From the sequence record OR529306: DNA of 33,766 bases; one strand, written 5' to 3'. This document shows positions 9,769-16,853 of the stretch, one piece after another; the stretch's first letter is position 1, and each line of letters starts with the position of its first letter. Position numbers and translations under genes: made by a program. Under the pieces are notes generated by a model. The model saw only the letters and a list, made by a program, of their open reading frames with translations. It was not told the DNA's origin and ran no database searches. The DNA is from Escherichia phage PCM001.

Positions 9769-9909
9769 TCACCATATTAATGAACGAATAACCATTATAA
9801 CATCTGAAATGAAAAGCACTACTTGGATTAGTCCAAACATCACACCATAGTACAGAACCGTAAGCAACAACAAGAGCCCGAAGGCTCCTGCTAAGATTTT
9901 CTTAATCAT
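9769..9909 (-). CDS. Possible small hydrophobic protein (46 aa)
   Basis: MIKKILAGAFGLLLLLTVLYYGVMFGLIQVVLF; TAATG overlap with upstream micro-ORF; not in ORF track (<60 aa); overlaps hairpin/promoter-like signals so coding status uncertain. Confidence 0.3.
   Translation of the reverse strand: MIKKILAGAFGLLLLLTVLYYGVMFGLIQVVLFISDVIMVIRSLIW
9844..9867 (-). promoter_or_regulatory. Candidate MotA-dependent middle promoter for gene 52
   Basis: - strand TTGCTTA (MotA-box-like) 11 nt upstream of TATGGT; immediately 3' of a UUCG-loop hairpin at 9874..9887; lies inside micro-ORF 9769..9909. Confidence 0.3.
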
Positions 9910-10055
9910 TACTCGCCTTTTAATACGTTAAGAAGAGCTAAGACCGCTAAGGTACCTTGTGACACTGCCTGTTGAAATACTGTTGTTTCGCCTGTAACTA
10001 AAGTGTTAACGAATAAAAACGACCAACACAGCAATGCAATAATCCATGCTACCAT
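9909..10055 (-). CDS. Small hydrophobic protein (48 aa), position of T4 ac/stp region
   Basis: MVAWIIALLCWSFLFVNTLVTGETTVF; SD GAGGT 8 nt upstream; not in ORF track (<60 aa). Confidence 0.45.
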   Translation of the reverse strand: MVAWIIALLCWSFLFVNTLVTGETTVFQQAVSQGTLAVLALLNVLKGE

Positions 10056-10107
10056 TTTAATTACCTCAAAAATAAATTAGATGCATATTAAGCTAGGCCT
10101 GTATAAA

Positions 10108-10554
10108 TTAGTAACTCTGCAGAATGAATTTGAAATTATCTGCCAGAAGACGGTTCATTTCGGTGAGTGTTTGATATTCTGATGTATGATTGCGAGTGAA
10201 TGCCAGAGCCAATTGTCCTTTACCATAACCAGTAGTCAGGGGTTTCATGTTCTTAGCTGCAACAAAGATTACATCATATTCAATATTGTTAGTGCCCATA
10301 GTACGGGCTAGTTGCGAACGGCCTTGACGAATGTGAGAAAGAATTGCATCCAACCCTTGTTTAGAACGTTGACGTCCTACAAAGAATCGTGCTGCAACTT
10401 GACGCCAATCAGATGAACCTTTAACAAAGAAGTAAAAACCTTCACGAGAACGAAACTCTTTAGAAACTTCGGAACCGTATTCGCCATTACGAACTACTGC
10501 AACAACTTCACCGCCAACTGCCAGAAGGTCTTTACGAGTTAAATATTTGGACAT
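10108..10554 (-). CDS. ndd: Nucleoid disruption protein Ndd, 148 aa
   Basis: [29 protein letters not shown] and C-term [32 protein letters not shown] match recalled T4 Ndd. Confidence 0.85.
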   Translation of the reverse strand: MSKYLTRKDLLAVGGEVVAVVRNGEYGSEVSKEFRSREGFYFFVKGSSDWRQVAARFFVGRQRSKQGLDAILSHIRQGRSQLARTMGTNNIEYDVIFVAAKNMKPLTTGYGKGQLALAFTRNHTSEYQTLTEMNRLLADNFKFILQSY

Positions 10555-10630
10555 GCTAATTTCCTCAATTGATTAATGTTTTTGTAATCCATGAGAGCAT
10601 TATACTCTGCTCTCAAGAGTTTGTACAATT

Positions 10631-10831
10631 TTATTCGGCTATATCAGAACGTTCAAAAAGCTCTTCAACAGTTAAACATTCTGTGTCATCCTCAATAAAG
10701 AATCGAGTCCAACATGTTGGGGCGATACAGTTATGAGTTTGTCCGGCGATAGAAGCTACACGAATAAGCTGCTGACCATTATCCAGAACAAATTTTTCAC
10801 CAATTTCAACATCTTTAAAAAGCTTAGCCAT
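10631..10831 (-). CDS. Hypothetical protein (66 aa)
   Basis: ORF track; own early promoter upstream. Confidence 0.45.
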   Translation of the reverse strand: MAKLFKDVEIGEKFVLDNGQQLIRVASIAGQTHNCIAPTCWTRFFIEDDTECLTVEELFERSDIAE

Positions 10832-10859
10832 TTTGTGTTCCTCATATTTTGATAGGACT

Positions 10860-10889
10860 ACTATACCATAATCCTACCTTGTTGTAAAC
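10860..10889 (-). promoter_or_regulatory. Early promoter
   Basis: - strand GTTTACA, 17 bp, TATAGT followed by AGTCCTATC. Confidence 0.5.
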
Positions 10890-10891
10890 AA

Positions 10892-10999
10892 TTAAATTAC
10901 ATTAAAATATGTTAAAGCCAACCATGTTCCAGTGAACGAACATGCGATGTAAAAACCCGTATCACAAATTGCTCTTAGTACAATAAGTGCATTTTTCAT
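10892..10999 (-). CDS. Micro-ORF, hydrophobic peptide (35 aa)
   Basis: MKNALIVLRAICDTGFYIACSFTGTWLALTYFNVI; ATGA overlap with upstream micro-ORF; SD GAGGT; not in ORF track. Confidence 0.35.
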   Translation of the reverse strand: MKNALIVLRAICDTGFYIACSFTGTWLALTYFNVI

Positions 11000-11082
11000 A
11001 AGTACCTCAATGCAATTGAAAATATTATACAAATCATAGGGATACTAAGCAACCATATTCCGATCCACATTTTAGAGCTCAT
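10996..11082 (-). CDS. Micro-ORF, hydrophobic peptide (28 aa)
   Basis: MSSKMWIGIWLLSIPMICIIFSIALRYL; ATGA overlap with stop of 11079..11342; not in ORF track. Confidence 0.35.
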   Translation of the reverse strand: MSSKMWIGIWLLSIPMICIIFSIALRYL

Positions 11083-11342
11083 ATCTCAACTTCCGCGAGT
11101 TCCATATATCCTTTGTTGATAACCTCTTTAAGGTCTTTAGAAAGAATAACACCGAAATGGTCGTTCATATGTCCATTAACCAGACGAGTTATTTCGGCTT
11201 CAGATGACATATAAGGCACGTCTGAGTCCCAATGAGATAGACCCAAATGGGTATAAATCATCCCTTCGTCATCTGCAGTGTTGTACATTGAAACAAATTC
11301 GCCTGTTACTTTATGTTTTGCGTAGAAAAATTTAAATTTCAT
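11079..11342 (-). CDS. Hypothetical protein (87 aa)
   Basis: ORF track; early promoter at about 11350-11400 upstream. Confidence 0.5.
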   Translation of the reverse strand: MKFKFFYAKHKVTGEFVSMYNTADDEGMIYTHLGLSHWDSDVPYMSSEAEITRLVNGHMNDHFGVILSKDLKEVINKGYMELAEVEI

Positions 11343-11410
11343 GATGTTATCCTCTTTTAGATAGGACTACTATATCATAGTCCTACTTAGTTGTAAACAC
11401 TTTTATGAAA

Positions 11411-11968
11411 TTAAAGTTGAAGATACCACCCGTTGTAGTTGCTCTTGCGGACGATTTTCTTTAGGTCTTCATGGTCTCCCACGAACTTTATAGAATAAGA
11501 GAAGACGTCAGGTGAGGTTTCTTTGGCATCTAATATAATAATGCAATCTGCGACTCGATGGTTCAAGAAGGGCCCTATATTGATTCCATTACCACCCGGA
11601 TAATCACCACTGTAACCTGTGGTAACCGAAATCCATTTAGAATCTATCTGGTGTGTCTTGACTTCTACACGAATTCCACAATACTTTGGATGGGCTAACA
11701 CGTCCCATGCATACGTGTACGGGTCTTCTACGTCTTCAATACCTTTATTAACATATCCGTCTAGCCAATTTGCTACTACATACTCTGCAAAGACCGCAAC
11801 CTTACAACGTCGAACTACATCTTCTTTGTTTTGGTCAGGATTTTGGCTCAGGGAATACCGAGCAGTGTCAGCAATCTTCACCTTCATTTCACTAGTCAAA
11901 AACTCATTCGACAGGATAAATGTCGGAAGATTCTTCAGTCTCAACAGTCCCAAGTTCGTCTTTACCAT
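11411..11968 (-). CDS. PD-(D/E)xK-like nuclease, denB-like by position (185 aa)
   Basis: track ORF 11411..12031 trimmed to ATG at 11968 with SD AGAGGT; D...EVK pattern (WDVLAHPKYCGIRVEVKT); lies between ndd cluster and rIIB where T4 has denB, and the trimmed length equals T4 DenB as I recall it. Confidence 0.4.
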   Translation of the reverse strand: MVKTNLGLLRLKNLPTFILSNEFLTSEMKVKIADTARYSLSQNPDQNKEDVVRRCKVAVFAEYVVANWLDGYVNKGIEDVEDPYTYAWDVLAHPKYCGIRVEVKTHQIDSKWISVTTGYSGDYPGGNGINIGPFLNHRVADCIIILDAKETSPDVFSYSIKFVGDHEDLKKIVRKSNYNGWYLQL

Positions 11969-12191
11969 AGATACCTCTGATGTGTAGTTCGCCAAAATAA
12001 ATGCGGTCTCCTTCTTCAAGATATTCTGCATCTACAGGCGGAATTTCAATAACAACTTCGTCACATTCTAACCAGCCGTAGTGTGCATCGCCAGGATGTT
12101 TTACCAATTTAGCACAATAAACTGATTTACACTTATGATGACCACGAAGATTAGCAATTTTGGATTCTGATACGTCAAATGGATGAATCAT
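11904..12191 (-). CDS. Hypothetical Cys/His-rich protein (95 aa)
   Basis: ORF track; GHHKCKSVYCAKLVKHPGDAHYGWLECDE; overlaps the denB-like ORF by 65 nt in another frame, so one of the two boundaries is uncertain. Confidence 0.3.
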   Translation of the reverse strand: MIHPFDVSESKIANLRGHHKCKSVYCAKLVKHPGDAHYGWLECDEVVIEIPPVDAEYLEEGDRIYFGELHIRGIYGKDELGTVETEESSDIYPVE

Positions 12192-12202
12192 AATTACCCC
12201 TA

Positions 12203-12227
12203 AAGAAAAAAGGGGACCGAAGTCCCC
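12203..12227 (-). terminator. Intrinsic terminator downstream of rIIB
   Basis: - strand RNA hairpin GGGGAC-UUCG-GUCCCC followed by UUUUUUCUUU; 6 nt after rIIB stop. Confidence 0.6.
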
Positions 12228-12232
12228 AATTA

Positions 12233-13180
12233 TTATTCTGCAAATAATTCAGTAACGTCTGAAATTACTTCATAACGACAAGTACGCATCTTAGCATCGC
12301 CATAGTCAACTGGGATGGACACAACATCACGTGGATGAACTTTAACCTTAACAACTTTATCTGAGCTTGAACCAAAGTGGCGAATATAAGATTTAGCACA
12401 AACGTGGAGACCGCGAGAACAGGTTTGTGTATCATCGTCGTTAACTCGAGTACGAGGCATTGAAACAACTTTACCTGGGGAGTTATCAAATGTGCCACTA
12501 TAGCAATCTAAATAGTCTTTACGAACTACTTTCCATGCATAGAAATACCCGTCTTCAGTGATTTCAATATCATTTGCAACCAAGAAGTCGAATAAACGTT
12601 GTACAGCTTTTTCGCTTGGGTTTTCTAACAGGTTTTCAAGGAACGGCAGATAGAATTTAAAGTCTTCACCTTTTTCCATGGAATCAATAATACGATTAAC
12701 CAGTCCTGAACGAATTTCTATACCTTGATAAAATAAACTACCACCTTCAATAGTAACATTACCGTCAACAAACTTACTAATAGCTTTCTTGATGTTAATA
12801 AGTTCGACAGCTTTACTAAGGTTTCCTGCGACCAGATTAGCTTTAATTTCTTCAAAATTTGCATGACTTGATGGGGTCGCATTGTATGCTACGCGTCCTT
12901 CAATAATTGAAATAAATTTAGATGACGCGTTCCATACGATTTCAGGACGATGTCCGCCGATAATAGGTTCATCATTTTCTGGAACTTCTTCGATTACATA
13001 AGAGGCATCGTTTGCTTCAGGGACAACGCCTTCTGCTTTAAAATTCTTAACAATCTTACGAAGAGTATCTGTTGAAATGTCGAAGTAATCGGCAATTTCT
13101 TTACGGGTCCATTTGCCTGATTCAACCAGGCCGTAAGCTTCTAACTGTTCTTCTTGGGACAAGCATTTGATATTGTACAT
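12233..13180 (-). CDS. rIIB: rIIB protein, 315 aa
   Basis: MYNIKCL N-term and long C-terminal block KVVSMPRTRVNDDDTQTCSRGLHVC..KVKVHPRDVVSIP matching recalled T4 rIIB. Confidence 0.9.
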   Translation of the reverse strand: MYNIKCLSQEEQLEAYGLVESGKWTRKEIADYFDISTDTLRKIVKNFKAEGVVPEANDASYVIEEVPENDEPIIGGHRPEIVWNASSKFISIIEGRVAYNATPSSHANFEEIKANLVAGNLSKAVELINIKKAISKFVDGNVTIEGGSLFYQGIEIRSGLVNRIIDSMEKGEDFKFYLPFLENLLENPSEKAVQRLFDFLVANDIEITEDGYFYAWKVVRKDYLDCYSGTFDNSPGKVVSMPRTRVNDDDTQTCSRGLHVCAKSYIRHFGSSSDKVVKVKVHPRDVVSIPVDYGDAKMRTCRYEVISDVTELFAE

Positions 13181-13189
13181 AATGTTTCC

Positions 13190-15403
13190 TTATTTGGCCG
13201 CTTCCACGGCCTTCATGAATTTAACGATTTGAGCGACCTGTTCTTTTGAAAGAGTACCACGTCGTCCCATGTAGTCTGACACAATATGATAATTGGTTTC
13301 GAATTCAATAACCATTTTATCATCATTATCGTAAGCATTATCTTTAAGCTTATCGAAAATTTTAGCACACAGTTCTAACTTCTTATTCATGTCTGTATTA
13401 GTAGCACCTGCGAATCGATTCCATCCCCAACGATTATTTACTGTTGAAAGTTTTGCAAAATCTTTACTGATTTCTTTGTTCTTAGAGCTAAAATACTTAC
13501 TAAGGAAGTTGAGCTCTTCATTACGAGTAATATGATTCAAATAAGGCTGTGCTCTACGACTCGGTGATACATACTCATCATAATCTACTTTATCGATTAG
13601 CATAATATAGTCATTAATTGATTTTTCGAACAAGCATTCTACTTCACCAAGTTTACGAACTTTCTTAGCAATCTGTGGACGGACTACAGTGAACTCTTTA
13701 ATACCTGACAAATCAGCAATACGGGTCAAGAAATTAGAGTCGTAGTTCAACCAACCTTTATCTGCGTCAAGACATTCAGCATTAGAACGATTACGAACTA
13801 TAGCATAACCTTGGATTTCATCAGCTTCACTCGCCGGAATAAAGAGATCTTCCGATACCCAAACATCGTTTTCATTCTTAAAGAACCGATGAGCACTTGG
13901 GGATTTAGGACGAGGCTCATTAGTTCGTTTCCTGACTTCAATCCATGGCTTAACGATTTGTAAAAGCTCTGAAGTCTTGTACATGTTAATGTTATCGCCA
14001 TCAAAGATAACTTTAAGGCGTTCCAGAAGTTTCATTGCATTTTCGTCTGTAGGGTCAACGAATAGTACGCTTTTACCAAAACCGCGTGGAACTTTACCAG
14101 TTAATTTAACCTCGTCTTTAGACATTTCAATTGAATTAAGAGCTCGCATTAATGGAACGCGTCCCTTAACGTCGTCAATAACAATTTCAACGTTTTTAAT
14201 GTTAATGCCAATCAGGCTGTTAATTGAAATGGTTGATGATGAGCTACCACTTTCACGAATACGACGAAGACGAGGGGATTCAACGATATCGTATACGATG
14301 CCAAGATTACACCACTCAGGTCCCATTTTAAAACGTTTGTACAACTCAGAATAAGTTAGTTGTTCTTTAGAGTATTTCAGTGATTCAATATTAGACCCGG
14401 CCTTTTCCATGTATTTACGAGCGGTATAGCCGAGAGAATCAATTTCACGGAATACATGACGTGGATATTCACAATCAATCCATTTCTTAGAATCTTCAGC
14501 GAACAATTTAGCATCGATTTCTGCAACGCGTTTATGGATATTTGCTACTGTGCGTTTATCAAATGACAATGCTTCGCGAGATGGGGCCACATCTAGTTCA
14601 CCCATAGGGAATTTAATATAAGCTGTAGTGCATCTCGTCATCATCCATGTTTGTTCTTTAATAACACTTCCGATTGGATATACAATACCACCATAAACAG
14701 CCATGATATTACCACGTTCACCCCATGGAGCTTCCTTGGCTAAATAAACATCATCGAATTCCGGGAAGTATTTGATATCTTTAACACCACGAACTTCTGC
14801 AATATCGCCGAGAGGACGCATAACATATGCAATTTCAGATGCGAACTTTTCAAAATCTTCTGGGTTAACCGGTACAACTACTTCTACACCAGTCCGGTCA
14901 TCAGGACCCATCTTATCCACGAAGGTTGGCTTAATCTGTGGACCACTGTCATCTTGGTAGATTACGTAACCACGAACTTCACCATTGTGATAAGACGTAA
15001 GGTTAAACGTATCGGTATATGCTAGTGGAGCTTTAGAGCCGAGTCCGAATCCACCAATGAAATCGTTACTCGATGTTTTAGTTGAAGCAAAATATGAGTT
15101 ATAGATTCCTGGCTCTTCGTCATTACCTCGAATGGTGAAATCACTCATACCAGGGCCAAAGTCTCGAACTACAAAACGCAGGTCTAAACGACCTGGAGCC
15201 TGAACAATAAACTTATCAGTGCAACCATTAAGAATTTGTCCATCGATACAGTTTGTGATTAATTCACGTACACAAGCCAATTCTTTGTTTGTATAAAGGT
15301 CATTAGACAAAATCTTATAAACTTTGCTATTGCCTTGAATAGTAAATGCCGTGCTCTTACCGCCTGAACCAATAATCGTTTCTTTAGCCGTTTCAATAAT
15401 CAT
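13190..15403 (-). CDS. rIIA: rIIA protein, 737 aa
   Basis: size and position upstream of rIIB (9-nt gap); N-terminal region has the ATPase-like pattern (ELITNCIDG ... DFGPGM) expected for rIIA. Confidence 0.85.
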   Translation of the reverse strand: MIIETAKETIIGSGGKSTAFTIQGNSKVYKILSNDLYTNKELACVRELITNCIDGQILNGCTDKFIVQAPGRLDLRFVVRDFGPGMSDFTIRGNDEEPGIYNSYFASTKTSSNDFIGGFGLGSKAPLAYTDTFNLTSYHNGEVRGYVIYQDDSGPQIKPTFVDKMGPDDRTGVEVVVPVNPEDFEKFASEIAYVMRPLGDIAEVRGVKDIKYFPEFDDVYLAKEAPWGERGNIMAVYGGIVYPIGSVIKEQTWMMTRCTTAYIKFPMGELDVAPSREALSFDKRTVANIHKRVAEIDAKLFAEDSKKWIDCEYPRHVFREIDSLGYTARKYMEKAGSNIESLKYSKEQLTYSELYKRFKMGPEWCNLGIVYDIVESPRLRRIRESGSSSSTISINSLIGINIKNVEIVIDDVKGRVPLMRALNSIEMSKDEVKLTGKVPRGFGKSVLFVDPTDENAMKLLERLKVIFDGDNINMYKTSELLQIVKPWIEVRKRTNEPRPKSPSAHRFFKNENDVWVSEDLFIPASEADEIQGYAIVRNRSNAECLDADKGWLNYDSNFLTRIADLSGIKEFTVVRPQIAKKVRKLGEVECLFEKSINDYIMLIDKVDYDEYVSPSRRAQPYLNHITRNEELNFLSKYFSSKNKEISKDFAKLSTVNNRWGWNRFAGATNTDMNKKLELCAKIFDKLKDNAYDNDDKMVIEFETNYHIVSDYMGRRGTLSKEQVAQIVKFMKAVEAAK

Positions 15404-15415
15404 ATTTTTCTCTCA

Positions 15416-15616
15416 TCACAAGTTACGTTTAAAAATTTCTGCTACTTCAAGAAGTTCTTCTTTAGTAGCTGTATCGGTTTGTATTTTATATCGAATTTCT
15501 TTAAAGCGTTCTTTAAAGGACTCTGCTGACTCAATATCAAAAAATCTTTGGATAAGCCGGAATTCCCGGAGCACTGCTTTATCAAAAAGTTCCAAGTCCA
15601 CGTTATATGTTCTCAT
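15416..15616 (-). CDS. rIIA.1: rIIA.1-like small protein (66 aa)
   Basis: ORF track; position immediately upstream of rIIA as in T4. Confidence 0.5.
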   Translation of the reverse strand: MRTYNVDLELFDKAVLREFRLIQRFFDIESAESFKERFKEIRYKIQTDTATKEELLEVAEIFKRNL

Positions 15617-15708
15617 AATATTCTCTTCAGTAGATTCCTAGGGCACTATTACTAAAGACCATATAATCTATCATCTTGTGTGTAATAGTGCCTCAGGCTA
15701 TTCAGGAT

Positions 15709-16809
15709 TTACGCTGTGAAGATTTTATCCCACATCGCAACAACTGCATCTCGATTATACTTCTTCCATACTGCTTCAGCACGTTTAACTCGAGCTTCGT
15801 ACGTGTCAGTGAATTCTAATACAGCTTTTGTGTAAAGCGCAACTACTTCTTTCTTAGGAGTAGAGGAATCAATTTCTACACGCACAGTATCTGGGTCGTA
15901 TTCGAATGTCGCATGAGGATAATCCTTAAAAACTAACTGGATTACAGGGACACCTTTAGAGATGGCTTCAATAGAACTATTCTCTACCGTACCTGTGTCA
16001 GGACACGTATTAATAAGTGCTTTAGCTGTTTTAAGACGTTCCATGATTTCACTGTGTGGAGCATCAATAATAACAGGATATTTAGCTGGTGGTGCCCATT
16101 TACTAGGACAGTATCCTACACCATTTTCGCCTAGTGCTTTAATCGCTTCAAGAGCAACATCAGTGCGACGCATTTTAGTGTCATAACGTTGTGCACTAAT
16201 AATCAAATCAGTCGCCGGAAGAACTTCAGGTTTTTCAGTCAAACAAATAACCGGATAATCTTCGGCTTCAAACAACGGATTTGCTCGCCAATAATCATAA
16301 TCAATTTTGTCAGTCAGACCTGAAGTCATATAACAATATTTGCGTTCAAATTCACGGAAGGCTTTAGTGGGAGCATAACTCTTACCACCATTCTTATGAA
16401 TTTGAATAGTCTGGTCCCAAATTTGAACAATGCCACGAGATACCGGTTCAAATGGTGTTGCCATAAAATTCTTATGAACTTTAGAGAGACCTGCGTCTTT
16501 AATTGCCTGAACGGTTAGTTTAGTCGGTTCCATAGTAACAACAAAATCGTATTCATGGATGCCGGCTAGTTCAACAATCTTACGAGCCATAGTATAACTC
16601 ATACCTAGACTGAATTTAGTCAGATGACCAACAGGATGGTGTGTAACTTTCCAGTCACCAAACGTGTCATTATCAAAGCCGATATAATCAATATCTGCAC
16701 CAATAGAAACTAAATATTTCAACACATTTAAATGTACTGCTTCAAGGCCACCTTGTACACGGTCAGGATTAAATGGGACTGCGCGAGATGGGATAAACAT
16801 AACTTTCAT
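15709..16809 (-). CDS. Putative GT-B fold glycosyltransferase (366 aa)
   Basis: N-term MKVMFIPSRAVPFNPDRVQGGLEAVHL resembles the glycogen-synthase/GT4-5 start signature; C-terminal TCPDTGTVENSSIEAISKGVPVI resembles the E-x7-E block; sits where T4 has gene 60/mobA. Confidence 0.55.
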   Translation of the reverse strand: MKVMFIPSRAVPFNPDRVQGGLEAVHLNVLKYLVSIGADIDYIGFDNDTFGDWKVTHHPVGHLTKFSLGMSYTMARKIVELAGIHEYDFVVTMEPTKLTVQAIKDAGLSKVHKNFMATPFEPVSRGIVQIWDQTIQIHKNGGKSYAPTKAFREFERKYCYMTSGLTDKIDYDYWRANPLFEAEDYPVICLTEKPEVLPATDLIISAQRYDTKMRRTDVALEAIKALGENGVGYCPSKWAPPAKYPVIIDAPHSEIMERLKTAKALINTCPDTGTVENSSIEAISKGVPVIQLVFKDYPHATFEYDPDTVRVEIDSSTPKKEVVALYTKAVLEFTDTYEARVKRAEAVWKKYNRDAVVAMWDKIFTA

Positions 16810-16821
16810 AATTAAGCCTTA

Positions 16822-16853
16822 TTAAAATTAAAATGAAGCTCCCAAAGGAGCTT
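16822..16853 (-). terminator. Intrinsic terminator overlapping gene 39 stop
   Basis: - strand RNA hairpin AAGCUCC-UUUG-GGAGCUU followed by U-rich CAUUUUAAUUUU. Confidence 0.5.

Noticed and set aside
10101-10108. TATAAATT on the + strand resembling a late promoter
   Set aside because: One mismatch from TATAAATA and no + strand gene downstream; probably chance occurrence in AT-rich sequence.
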